A stretch of DNA of 64,000 bases from Lama guanicoe. Its lineage: Eukaryota. Positions 27,886-40,720 of this stretch are shown here, piece by piece (position 1 is the stretch's first letter; every line of letters begins with the position of its first letter). The DNA is taken from positions 3,477,589 to 3,541,588 of the forward strand of contig MU053994.1 of NCBI GenBank assembly GCA_013239625.1, read 5' to 3'. Under the pieces are notes generated by a model, which did not search any database, was not told the origin of the DNA, and saw nothing but the letters and a program-made list of their open reading frames with translations. The position numbers were made by a program, and so were the translations under genes.

Positions 27886-28371
27886 CCCAATGCCACTGAT
27901 CACCTTTTTAACTTGAAAACAGGAAGACCGGGTAAGCTGGGGCCAGGTTCTTTTGTTTTGCTTTTTCTGACCAGGGGCTGAGGAGATTCCTGCTCTTCTC
28001 TGCCGCCTGGATCAGCAGAGGACCGCTCCCCCTCACTCCACAGCAGTGTTCTCAGGAATAGCTGAGCAGGAGGCAGGCCGCAGGGAGCTGAACAGCACGA
28101 CACGCAGAGCAGCCCTTGCCCCCTGACCGCACTCCTGCTGGACGTTCAGTACCCAGCCCGCACTACAGCATGGCCGTCCTGCTGCGAAGAGCTCGGGGTT
28201 CTGGGATTTACTCGGGATCTTGCCAGTGGACTCCCCAGCAGGGGCTCCTGTATGCTCTCAGGTATCTGAAGCCAGACTGGTTCGGCTTCTCTTCTCCTGA
28301 GTCTTCACACAATAGTGGTATTATTGCCCTTTCCCTACATTGCTAAGTTTGTGCTTGCTACTCAGTTTTTA

Positions 28372-28660
28372 ATGAATAAACAATATACTGTTTAGGGATA
28401 CAAACATGGATGGTAAAGCTGTAAAGAAACCTAAAAGGCATCATTAGTACAAAAGCCAGGGTAGTGTGTGGTGGCGACAGTGGTGTGGTTGTGATTGCGA
28501 AGGGACACACAGGGGCTTTTAAAGTTACTAGTCATATTCTATTCTTAACTTAGATTATAGACTTATGGGTTTTCATTTTATTAGTATTCTTTAAAATACA
28601 CACACAGTTTATACATTCCTCCACATGTGTATTTCCAACGTAAAAATAACATTTTTAATG
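28372..28660 (+). mobile_element. 3' end of HAL1 / old L1 (L1MD/ME-like)
   Basis: aataaacaatatactgtttagggataca...ggtaaagctgtaaagaaa...gggacacacaggggcttt...gttttcattttatt. Confidence 0.6.
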
Positions 28661-29142
28661 GCTATGGGGTACATCCCTAAGATCTTGCTAAAAAAAGAGG
28701 TCTTAACTTTTTAAATAGCTGTACAAATTATTTTAAATGACCTGATATATATATATGAACAAAAACAATGTTTGCATCTCAAATATAATAAAGTCAATAT
28801 GAATTATGCTAACTGTAATTTTACATTTAATTGAACTAAATTTAATGTGCTAAGTTATTACATGTAAATTTTGGAGTGACATCTGTAATACTAAGTGCTC
28901 ACCCTGTGAGAGGTTTATAAAAACTTACATCTATCTCAGAAAACTTTCAATAAATGAGAATTTCCCGTCCACGTCACAGGCCTAAAAGCTTATATTTATA
29001 AAACTGTGCAATGTACTATGATAGATGTAGGAAAACCATGAAGAATAACCAATTAACCAACGGGAAGAAAAGGAGAGGGCAAATGAAGACCAAGAATAAT
29101 TTCATATATACATACACATACACACACAACACAGTTGATACA

Positions 29143-29736
29143 TAGTCAGTCCTCATTATTTGCAGATTAAATGTTTGTAAATTCACTTACTCACTGAAAT
29201 TTATTTGTAACCCAAAATCAATACTCACAGCACTTTGAGTCATTCACGGGCAGTGCACAGTAGCGAAAATTTTGAGTCACCTGACTCACAGGTTAAACAA
29301 GGTGATGCTCTAACTTGTTTCAGCTCTTATACTGTAAGCAAGTGTCCTTTTTGCCATTTAATTAGTGCATTTGTGCTTTTGGGGGCTGATTTCACTCTTT
29401 AAATGGCCCCCAAGTGTACTTCCCAAGTACTCTCTTGTGTGCCTGAGTGCAAGAAGGCTGTGGTGTGCCTTACGGAGAAAATACACGGGTTAGGTAAGCT
29501 TCACTCAGGCATAAATTAAAGGACTGTTGGTCATGGGTTCCATATTAATGAATCAACTATATATATGAATGAAGGTGTCTTTAAACAGGTTATATATTGG
29601 TTGAAGAAAACGTGACCAGAGGCTCCCCAGAACCTAATTCTGAGTTTCCTCTAGGAGCAATGATTCAGTATTCAGTCATACAGTGTTCATGGCAACTATA
29701 CAGAACATAACTACCACAAATAATGACCACTGACTC
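29143..29736 (+). mobile_element. MER82 Tigger-family DNA transposon
   Basis: Starts agtcagtcctcattatttgcagat...aaatttatttgtaacccaaaatcaatactc...ttgtttcagctc. Ends with the inverted terminus caaataatgaccactgact. Confidence 0.82.
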
Positions 29737-30886
29737 TGTGTGTGTGTGTGTGTGTTTATATTATGTAATATATATGCAATAGTATATTACATGTATTTAT
29801 ATTAGAGACTCAATGAGTGCCTAGCAGTATATCAGGCCCTCAAGAAATATCTGGTGAGTGATACATCAAAAATGATAAATTAGGAATGAACAAACCACTG
29901 AAAAATTTATCAAATCATACAGTTTTACGTAAGTATATACAATTCTGAGAAATCATGGCACTTCTATGTATTTTTCTACTCATTTTCTAAATCTGTATCT
30001 TTCTACTACTGCCTGTACAGTTCTGATGTTAGTAATTGATGGAAATAGATGGTAGGTGGGTAAAAAGGAAATGATGCAAACATATAATAGTAATGACAAC
30101 ATTAGCAGTAAGAATATAATACTGAAAATGATAGTCTATAGACACATAAATGTATATAAAAATGATACCTAATAAAGATAACAATGGTCCTTTTCCTCTT
30201 ATTTCAACACTATTAGCTTAGTCATTACCACTAAAGAGCTTATACATATCATTCCATCAATAAATCCTTTCCTTGTCTTCCTGTTTCTTTGTGGTAGTGA
30301 TAGGGGAACAGAAATGTTGCTCTGAAACTTTTTTTCTCTTTAATACTTCTAGTACTCACTCCCACCTCCAACATATACATTTTCACACACATACCAAGCT
30401 GTGTTACTTTAGGTACAGTGACTAAACTAAAGGAAAAAAAGTTTGCCTAGTCACAGCTACTGTTAAAGAAACACACATGAAGTGGGAAATTAATAAAATC
30501 AAAATCTCAGCCACTGTTGCCTAAATGTTAACAATTAAAGATCTGACAAAGGAATTAAGCTCAGTACAGTTCAGACCACTCCTTGAAAATAGAAAGGGGA
30601 GGCTTCTTTGAAAATGCTGGCAAGGGATCTCCAATAGGCTAACAGAACAAATTTGGCTCAACTGTCAAAGATGAGTAGTTCATGGAGTTAAGACGAGCAT
30701 TTACTAACTTAGAACCTGTACTGGCATAATTAGTACTTCTGTCAAACTTTGATAGTTCAGTGAAAAGTTTAGAAGACTTTGTTTTAGACTTTATGTAGCA
30801 CGTCATCCTCTGATCTGAGTCAAAATATGCTACATTCAGCGTTTTTTTTTTTTTTTTACCACTTTTATGAGAGGACTGCAGAGCAT

Positions 30887-30928
30887 NNNNNNNNNNNNNN
30901 NNNNNNNNNNNNNNNNNNNNNNNNNNNN
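30887..30928. other. Assembly gap (42 N)
   Basis: Run of N with duplicated flanking sequence. Confidence 0.99.
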
Positions 30929-31569
30929 TTTTTTTTTTTTTTTTACCACTTTCATGAGAGGACTGCAGAGCATATGTAGTCTCCGCGGATGCAAAAGTTC
31001 TGGAAAATCTGACTGGTGTGTGTCTGTGTGAGCATGTCTGAAGGGCTCGGGTTAGTCAGAGCCGAGGTGGAGGGATGCAAACTCTCGGTCTTTGTTAGCT
31101 CCTGTTTCATGGAGCATGTATCAAGGAGAGTTGCTAAGAGAGGAGAAAAAAGATTTTTGTAACAGGTAAGAAACAGGGAGATGGGGAGTAGACAAAAGAG
31201 GAAACAAATGGAAAAGAAAACATGAGGGACTGAAAGACAACACATCCCAAAGTAAGAATTCTGACTTGGTTGTACATGTTTAGGCCTTTTTAGCTAAATA
31301 TATAAACAACTTTCACAAATAGATATTGAAGTACTGACATTAAAAAAGTTCTATTGAGATTCACACATTTTATCTTATTGATTTACCTCATTTTCCCTGA
31401 TGAAAGTAAGACAAAAAATACAAAGAACAACAACAACAAAAAAGAGATTAATAAAGCAATTCTTACCCTCAGAATACTCCCGATCTAACAGATCGCTGTG
31501 GGAATATGTACATAATTTCAGTATAATGTTATAGAACAAAGTATTGAAATAGTACAATACTAAGAATTT

Positions 31570-32700
31570 ATTGTCTGTGGATAGGAAGATAGGCAGAGAA
31601 GGCCTCTATGAGACAGGGACACCTAAGTGAGCTTGGAAAGATGAATACGAGTTTTTTCAGGCCAACAAGGGAAAGGGGAAAATTCCAGAAATAAGTAGTA
31701 GCATACACAACAGCCAGAAGCCAAGTCAAAGCATGGTGTGTGCTGGGTACTACACGCTGTTTGCTATTGCTGGCATGTAAAACTGGAGGGTGAGAAGTAG
31801 CTGGAAAAGGAGAAGGGGGGGCAGAGATCACTGTGACAGAGGAATGGAAGATGGACTGAGGAATGAGTGAGGGCCAGTCAGGAAGTTATCGTCTTATGCT
31901 TGGGCTAATGTAATAAAGACCTAAACCAATACGGTAAAGGCAACTGAGAGATACTTAAAATAAATTGACAAGACAACGTAGTGAATGATTAGCTAAGGGA
32001 TGGTTGGTGGTCGGCTGAAAGAATGACATACAGATTTCTGGTAACAGCTACAGCATAAATGATACCACCAAATGAGAGCGTGACTACAGGAGATAAGAAC
32101 CCGTAGAAGGCTGAGAAAGAAAGGAGACACAGGGTTGTATTTTGAAAATATCAATTCCCAAAATATTGATTTCCATGGACTATCAAGGCAGAGATTTAGA
32201 GAGCACAATTAGATAGGAGTATAAAGTTCAAGGAAAGGATCAACATGTAGATGACGAAGACAATATCAACTACCGTTTGCAACATACCACGTGCCAAGCA
32301 TGCTGCTAAGAACTTTATATAGATTCTCTCATTTACCATAATTTATCATAATGGCTAATACCGTTAGCCCCAATTTTATAGATTAGGAAACTGAGGCTAA
32401 GCTAGGTTGTCTATGGTCAGTCAATGAATGGCAAAGTCAGGACTGAAGCCTAGACATATCAAACTCTAAACTCTAAGTTCTCATCTCTGTACTCCCTGGG
32501 AGGCATGAGTGAGCAGGAGGTAACTGAAGCCACTGATGCAAATGAGAGTACAGACCTGAAGGGACAGAAGACAGAATCCCAGAAAACATGAACATATCCC
32601 CCAATTCCTCTCCAAGCAATTGTTGGAAACATCCTCACTGAAGGACTACAAGAAGTCCAGAAAGAAAAAAGAAGTACTAAAGGCAAGCTCTTAGAACACA
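31570..32700 (-). mobile_element. L2 fragments with a nested MIR (~32270-32480)
   Basis: Purine-rich L2 antisense sequence (ggaagataggcagagaaggcctc...gagcttggaaagatga). MIR core ccccaattttatagattaggaaactgaggct. Confidence 0.65.
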
Positions 32701-32982
32701 GTATCTTGCAGAAATACAGACACGAAGACCAAGTGTTTAGAAGGGTCTGCCCTAGACCTGAACACAGAAGTTCTCTCCATTCTTCTCAAGGCTGGCACAA
32801 GAAAAGCATAATTTCCATTTTTCAATTAAGAGCTACACATTCACATTTCGCTATTTCCTAAATGTAGAACTCTGTATCAGAAACTGGTCCAATGAAAATA
32901 TTTAGTAGAGAAACAACTTTCTGGAAACTCATGCCTGACCTTTTCTCCTGGTGTTCATGAACTTAATTACTTATAATTAGTA

Positions 32983-33291
32983 CAGCTGCTCCTCTATATC
33001 CACAGGTTCTGCATCTGTGGATTCAAACAACTACAGGTTGGAAATATTCAGGAGAAGAAATTCCAGAAAGTTCTAAAAAAAAAAACTTAAATTTGCAGCA
33101 CACCAGCAACTATTTATACAGCATTTACATTGTATTAGGTATTATAAGTAATCTAGAGGTAAAGGATATGAGAGGATGTGTCTCAGTTATATACAAATAC
33201 TATGCCATTTTATAAGGGACTTGAGCATCAGAGGATTTTTGGTATCTGCCGGGGTCCTGGAAGCAATCTCTTGCAGATATTGAAATGACCG
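32983..33291 (-). mobile_element. MER2/MER2B Tigger-family MITE (second copy)
   Basis: TA-flanked and clearly homologous to 25641-25966 (gcatctgtggattca...tttacattgtattaggtattataagtaatctagag). Confidence 0.87.
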
Positions 33292-33950
33292 TACTAACAT
33301 TATCACAACTGTCAAATTCTATGTGCATAATCCAGTCTTTATAAACCAAACCTAATAATTATGGAAGTCTGACAGTATGAAATTACATCATAAATCCTAT
33401 TTATAAAGGGAATGTGTTCTGTTAATATGTCACTAACAGGTTGTTTTCCACATGCTACATTATCCTACAGTAGTATTGTTGCCTGCCATTAATTACAACT
33501 CTGCATCTAAAAGGGGGAGGGGAATTAATATTTGAGCTCAGAAGTTGCTATTTTCATTAACAGATTTTTTTTCAGTGACACTTCTGTAGAGTACTTTCAA
33601 TCTCTTCCCATTCAGAACCATGTTTTATGGATCTCCATAAAAAGATCTATTTCTGAACTAAATAAAACCAAATTTAAATTAAATAAGTTAGTGAAAGAAA
33701 TCACAAAGCCAGCAATACTGCTTTCTCTATTATTCATTTTAGTTACATCAGGATTATGCAAAACTTACACAGTAGCATAAAAACAAAAATGTAATTAGCT
33801 AACAACCTAAATCAGGGTTTCCCAAATTGGCATCTTGTGGAATCCTTAAAGAATAAAAATTTCTCTGCAAGTAAGTTTGGGAAACACCAAATACAATACC
33901 TACTCTCCACCGCCACCCCATATTCACATTACACAGCAGCAGCCAAGTCT

Positions 33951-33987
33951 TGCAGTCAAATGCTCTACCACTGAGCTATATACCCCC
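33951..33987 (-). pseudogene. Tailless retropseudogene of the 5' half of tRNA-Cys(GCA)
   Basis: Minus strand reads GGGGGTA(TA)TAGCTCAGTGGTAGAGCATTTGACTGCA, which is the tRNA-Cys 5' end through the anticodon. Flanked by the direct repeat agccaagtcttg at 33941-33952 and 33994-34005. Confidence 0.88.
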
Positions 33988-34854
33988 TCTGCTAGCCAAG
34001 TCTTGAAGTTAAGAAACAAGCATCTCTCCTCCACCACCCTCTACCCACATCACCCATGTAGCACCTACTACTCATTAGTGTTCCCTGAAAAACTTTAGAT
34101 ATGATCTAAATTGTAATATTTACAACAATACAAATACAAATTATGAGGTTGTAATGGCCATGAACCACTCAAATTTTAAACAACTACTTTTCTGAAACAA
34201 ACATTCTCTTCCTCAAATATGGCATATAAACGGTTGTTTAAATTCTTACAAAGGGGAGTAATCCAACTGTTTTCTTAGTAAAAGATGGACGAGATTTAAC
34301 TATGCAATTTAAATGTGTATTCATTAATACTCCCCGAAGTAATCTACTTTTTACAAATGCTAATATAAGCATATTCAGCAGGCAATAATGCAACCTCTGG
34401 TCTTTTAACCAAAAAGCAGTTAACAAAAAGGCAAAGCATACAAAGGAAATAAGCATTTACACCAAATTACTAAGCTCAGTGCAGGGCAGCAGAAAATAGG
34501 TTTTGAATCATAATTGTAGTAATCAGTTTCTAGGTCTAAAGAAGTAAAGTAGATGATCTGGAAAGTAATTGCTTTAGGGGATAAAATCAGAAAATTAAAG
34601 TATAAAGTAAGTGGATATAACTGTTTATGTAAGATAGCGAAATTCAATATTCAAACAGTTGGGGAATTTTTCAAGTTAGGTAAGGAACAGAAGTCCCTGC
34701 TTGTTACACAGAGTATGCAAGTTAGTAATGCTCACTGTTAACCAGTTTCCCAAAGATGGATTAACCCTTCAGTGCTCATATAAGGACTTCCTTTTAACCA
34801 GTAAGGCACACAATATATTGAGCACGGAGGATAAGAAGAGAAAGGGCCATCATA

Positions 34855-35035
34855 TCCCACAACACATCTGAAATTGAACTCCTGATCTCCCCTCTTGCCA
34901 TCGCGCATGAAGGCCAACGCGGTGTTTCCTTACAGATGCTTAGCCAAAAATTATGGTGCCAATCTTGATCTCTTTCTTCCTTTCACAGTCCAAATCCAAT
35001 TCATTAGGAAATGCTCTTGGCTCTACTTTGCTGAG
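34855..35035 (+). mobile_element. L2 fragment
   Basis: aacacatctgaaattgaactcctgatctccc...gccaaaaa...atcttgatctc...tccaatt. Confidence 0.6.
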
Positions 35036-35129
35036 ATCATCTATCCTTTTGTTTGTTTCAAGAAAATTTGTAACCAATTCTTAGAGCAATTTTACGACAG
35101 ATGAATTAAAAACCTCGAGATAATTCCAA

Positions 35130-36166
35130 TATTTGATTCAACTCACTATCGGCCTCAGTTCAATGTCTTCTTCTCTCATTCAAATTGTGGTTTTCCTGGT
35201 GCTTGGTATGACAAATGGTTTTCAACTATATCCTGGATATTCTGGTCATTGTTAGGAGACCCTTGATCACAGATCTATTTTAGTAGGCAGTTGCCCTGTA
35301 GTGTGTATGCTCTAGACTAAGTTTGTGGACTTTAGTTCCAATGACACTTTAGTTTTCTGAGCCCTTACAATGTTATTTTAGTCTGCTTCATTCCTCTGGT
35401 GCTACTAGGGGTTCCCAGTCAATCCCTGCTGATGCCACCTGCAGGGACAAAAGGTGCTTCTCAGGGCTACCTTGAGGGAGAAGGGGTCAGAAGCTACTGG
35501 GCCTGGGACTCCTCCTGCCATGGGGTGGAGGGTAGCGGAGACACAATGCCCAGGCCCCTGCTACCACCACCCACAGATCAGATTGCCCATCAGGGCAGGT
35601 TGTAGAGTAGAGGCTGGTATAGCCTGGCCTTTGCTCCTGCTGCTGTTGTCAGCAGACCAGGTGACTGCAGCCTGGGTTGTGGCATGGGGGCTGAAATGGC
35701 CATGTGTGCTGGTGCTGGCAGAGCAGACTGCCTGCCAAGTCCCGGCTGTGGAGCAAAGGCTGGGACGGCTGGGGCATTCACTGCTCCTGCTGGGGCTGTG
35801 GGCAGATCAGATTGCCCACCGGGCCCCAGGTGTGGACCCAACTAGGTCTCTGATGAGCTTCTCCTTTCCTAGAGAAAGTAGTCCTGTGTTTTTGTTTTCT
35901 ATGCCCTTTGGTGGTTCTGTGTAGTAGGTCTCTCTAGCACCCAGCCCAGGAGTAAATGGAAGGGAAAAAGAAAACCTCGTGAACTCTCCACAGTCATTCC
36001 TCGAGTGCTGAGGTTCCTTCTTGGTCTGCCTCCTTCTTTCCAATTTCCAGAGTTCTTTCATTGCTGTCAGCTGAATAACTGCTAGGGCGTTTAGATGTAT
36101 TTAATGAAGAAGGGGCAGTTAAAAGTAAGTCTTATACCACTAGACTTGCCCTAGAAATGGAAGTCT
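35130..36166 (-). mobile_element. 5' UTR region of an old L1 (L1M4/L1MD-type)
   Basis: GC-rich stretch with repeated cagatcagattgccca. The minus strand begins gacttccatttctag, typical of old L1 5' ends. Confidence 0.6.
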
Positions 36167-38079
36167 GTGCATTTTCAACTTTTTTCATTGGCTAGCATCA
36201 GGAACCCGTTCTATTCAAAATTAGGAGAGAAATGACAGCTCCTTTATGTCCAATATATCAAGTTAAAAATGGTAGCCATTAAACTCATCAAATCCATTAT
36301 ATAGTTTTCCATGACTCCTGGCTCAGAATTTTAGAGTCTCATATAAATAACTGATATTCTCTAAAGCCCAAAAGGTTGAGAAACATCAAACCAGCCAAAA
36401 GCATACTAGAATGAGGGGAGCTATCTGTTGTCTCCACACATCACGTATGCACATATGCACATGTATAACACGCACTCACTCAGCCTCACAGCCTTCCTGA
36501 GTCTAAAAGGAGAACTAAGATGCCAGAGTCTAGTCAGCGTATTTCAGTCATGGCACACTGGTTGGGAAATGGTGTTTTTAATTACAATCTCATTATTTGG
36601 TCTTACACATTATAGAACGTGAGGAAAGTTAGGGGTTACAGTAACCTACATAAATAGTTATACAAAACTGAAGGTCAGCTTTTAAAAAAAAGATCTATTG
36701 GTTGACTATACTAGCTCTTTGAGGGCAGGGATTTTCTCTTATCCACCTTATCTCTAGCATGTAGAACTATGTCTGACATTATGCCAGTGAAGACTCAGAA
36801 AGTGTTTTCTGGATGGACAATTGGACAGGTAAATCCATTTTAGTATGCATAAGCATGGATGTCATCTTTAAGACACTTGCATTATATTTCAGTTAATCTA
36901 AACTTAAAGCTCTTTAATAGCTTTTATAGCTCCTTAATCTCTTGGGGGAGATTTTCACTTATCTAGTAGAAATAAAAATTTTTACTTGTCAATGTCAATT
37001 AGTAAAAGGTAGATAAAAGCTGTAAAATCATATAACATGCTAATTAATTTTAAAGTACTTCTTCAAAAAAAATTTTCCTAGAGATGTTGACTTCCAATTC
37101 AAAATCTTCCTGTTATCATAATTAAAACTCAAAAGCAGACTTTTTAACTTTTAACACGTACTAACATCTGTTCTTAAACACTTAAATGTTTCAAAACAGG
37201 CCTTGTAAACTTGAGGTATTTTACAAAAATAGCGTTTTGTAATGGCAGAGAACCAAACGTAGCTCCTAAAATTCAAAAAGCTTTTCGATCTAAAAGTTTA
37301 TAAAATTAGTTGACAATGATTAGCTCAAAATAAAGTCAATCTTTTGTTTGTCTATTTAAACCGTTTACTTAAAACAGATTTCAGTTTGTATAATATGACA
37401 AGATTAAATATAGGCCTCAATCACTAAAATAGTTTACCACCACAAGATATAACTAAATGGAAATAAACTACTTATTTTATCTACATGATGACTGTTTTTT
37501 GATGAAATTACAAATAAACTCAAGACCTAGAAGACAAAGAAACTTCACAATTCCTAATTAGTGCTGGATTGAAGATAGACAATTTTAAACACAAGCTTAA
37601 ATCAGTAAATAGACATAGAATGAGATCATAAAATTAGAAACATTTTAAGCAATGACTATTCATCAGTTCATTAAAAATCAATACATATGCAATTAGTATT
37701 TCCTGTACTTTAATCAAATCCTTTATTTTATAGCAACCAATATGAAAAAATAAGGAATGAAGCACGAAGAATATCTAGCACAGATACAAAACAGATGGGT
37801 TGAGATCATATAAAAGAACAAGATGTTTTTAACACATGAATTTTTTTAGGCAGCTCCACTGAGTGACCATTGAAATTTTTAAAGGAGAAAAATTTATTCT
37901 ACTAGCCAAGAATCCTTGCACATTAATATTTCATAATGAACTTACTTCTTTTTGGCATGCCCAAGCATCCGGGAAGAACAAACACTCCAGCTGCAAACAT
38001 CCCTTAGTATGAAATAGTTCCTTTAAGATAAGTCACTTTAACCCCTGATAGACTTCAACTTCTCTGAATCAAAGCCAAC

Positions 38080-38250
38080 ACAGCATAAACAGAGCAGGGG
38101 CTTGAGTGTTCTGAAAGACTTGGAGCTGAATCCTGGATCTGCCCATTACTGACTCTAATGACATTTGGTCAGTTATTCAGTCTCTCTGGGCCCACTTTAT
38201 TTAAACTGTGAAATGGAGATAACAGCTACTTCAAAGGTTTCTGAAGAGAT
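38080..38250 (+). mobile_element. MIR SINE
   Basis: gaatcctggatctgcccattact...ggtcagttattcagtctctctgggcc...ctgtgaaatggagataacag. Confidence 0.72.
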
Positions 38251-38429
38251 AACAGAAGGCAAAAAGGGCTGTGACTGGTACATATGCACGGAGGGGACTT
38301 CTTCAGGGGGTGAACTGTTATTAGACAAGTACCTCTTCACTACTTTTCCCCTGAAAAATATAAAATGTCTCCCATACTACAAGGGCACCATTTCACTATC
38401 AAAACCAAGAATCGAGAAAGAACCAGGGA

Positions 38430-40050
38430 GAGGTCTGCTTTCCATAACAGTGAAATAAGTCAACTGGACCAACCTTCCTACTGAAAAACAAAAATAAAAC
38501 AGGATACACACACACACACACAATCTTCTTGAAAGTATAAATATCTTACAGGGTACTTAAATTTTGCCAGTTAGAGATCTAAGACAATGAGGGAAGCCAC
38601 AGCAGTAAGCCCAGCCGTCCACAGCTCTACTTTTGCCTACAGGGCAAATCTCCACCTTTAGGAAGCAGCTGCCTCATAGGACTCAAAGGGCCTCATAAGA
38701 ATGGGTGAGCAAAGAGAAGATGTGCAATCTACCTCATAAACCAACCTACACTTTGTTCTGGTTTCTTCTGAAAGGCTATGTGCCTAGGGTGGAGGTGAAC
38801 CAAAAGCAACCCTAGCCTTACATGGACTTGAAGCCTGGCTCCCTCTCATCTGGCAATCCATGGAATCTCAAATCTTAAAGTTGGATTGAGGCAGAGCTGG
38901 CCATTAAGCTCTCCCCTACAAACCTGCACAGGCAAATCCTCTCTTGAGAAAGATACTGTCACCTTAGTATGAGCAAGAATCAGAATAAGAGATGAAAGAA
39001 AAAGACCAAGGCATGAGATATTAAAACAAAAAAAATACAACAGCCAAAATTTAAAACTCAATGGGTAGATTTCAGAGCAACTGAGAGCTGAAAAAAACAA
39101 TTAGTGAAGAGGAATATAGGTTGGAAGAAATTATCCAGAATGTATCATGGAGAAAAACAAAAAGAAAACATAGAAGCCAAGATAAGAGACTTGGATGAAA
39201 TGATAAGAAGATTTAATGTATGTTAACTGGGGTCCCAGGAGAAGAGAAGAAAGAAAATGAGGCAGAGGTGAGTTTTGAAGAAATTGCTGAAACTTTTTCA
39301 TAGTATGATTTCAAAGAATTTTCATCAGACTTGCCTATCCACAAATTCAAGATTCCCAGTGAATCACAAGGTAGATAAAAATAAAATCTATATACCGAGA
39401 CACACTACAGAAAAACAAAGAGAAAATATCTTAAAATAATCAGGTTAAAAACAAGATTATCTTTCAAGAGACAGTTTGCCAACTGTCAACAGAAACCAGA
39501 AAACAATGGAATGATGATGTATTCAGTGAAATAAAGTGCCATCCAAACAATTCTATACCCAGGGACTCCAATGATGAAAGCAAAAGACAAACACAAACTA
39601 AAAGAGTGTGCTGGAGCAGACCCACACTAAAAGAGTTTCTATAGGATATGTCAAGTAGGAGGAAAATTACCCTAGATAGAAAGTCAGAGATGCAGCGAAG
39701 AATGAGGAACAAAGTAAGACATAAATATGTGAACAAATATAAATAAATAATAATGTCTTCTGGGTTTACAAATATAGAGAATTAAAATGTATGACAAATA
39801 TTAACATATAAATCAAGAAGGGATAAAGTTAAAATGTCCTAAGATCCTTGCATTAGCTGAGATAAGGGTAATAAGACTTATCAATATTACACCTTGTGCA
39901 TAATACATGTTATTATTTTAAGGATAACCATTAAAAGAAGTGAAGCACAGTGCCTAAGTTCCAAAATAAGCTGGTGTAGAGAATGGAGTAATGAAAAAAA
40001 CCATCACATAAGGAAGGAGATAAAAATGAAATACAACAGGCAGGACAAGC
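38430..40050 (+). mobile_element. Ancient L1 5' region and ORF1 remnant (L1ME/M5-type)
   Basis: ttagtgaagaggaatataggttggaagaaattatccagaatg, ggggtcccaggagaagagaag, aattctatacccag and agacccacactaaaaga. Confidence 0.7.
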
Positions 40051-40474
40051 AAAGTACAAAATAAAAAATTTAAACTTATATACTACAACTGTGTACCGGG
40101 AGCATGAAAAACATACGGACAATAAACATAATCAATAAGTAAATTATAAAGTCTATTAAAAGGGGATAAGTTTATAGGAAAAAAGAAAAATGTTGAGAAA
40201 CTGGATATACTAAGGTGGGTTTAGGACAGGTTTCAGTATTAAATATAGCAGTCAAGCTAGGCCTCATTAAGAAGGTAGCCTCTGAGCAGATTTTTTCCCT
40301 CTCCAGAGCTGACCTAAAGGCACATACCTCCAGTCTAGCCACAGCTTTGGGCCATCACTAGGGGACCATTATTTTTAATGTATTGTATTCCTCCTACATT
40401 TGTCACCCATCTGTTTCTTTGAGGGCTTCTGAAAGAGTTCCTTCATCCTGGACCTGCCCTGATAATGACAACAG

Positions 40475-40720
40475 CAGCAATGCTACTATTTACTGAAAAC
40501 CTGTTGTTTGTCAAGCATTGTACTAGGTGCTTTGCAAAAGATCTCATGCAATTTTCTCAATAGCTCTAGAAGAAACACACTATTATTCCCATTTTACAGA
40601 TAAGAATATTGAGTTTAAAATCTTATCCAGTGTTCCACAGTTGATACACTACAGAGCTAGGACTCTAATGTAAAATCTGCCTGGCTGTAAGGTCTCTGGG
40701 CTTTTCACTACCAATGCTAT
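40475..40720 (-). mobile_element. MIR SINE
   Basis: Core tattattcccattttacagataagaa. Confidence 0.75.

Noticed and set aside
35399..36061. 156-aa ORF and GC-rich region resembling a promoter or gene
   Set aside because: Best explained as an old L1 5' UTR on the minus strand. It is CpG-depleted and has no recognisable protein.
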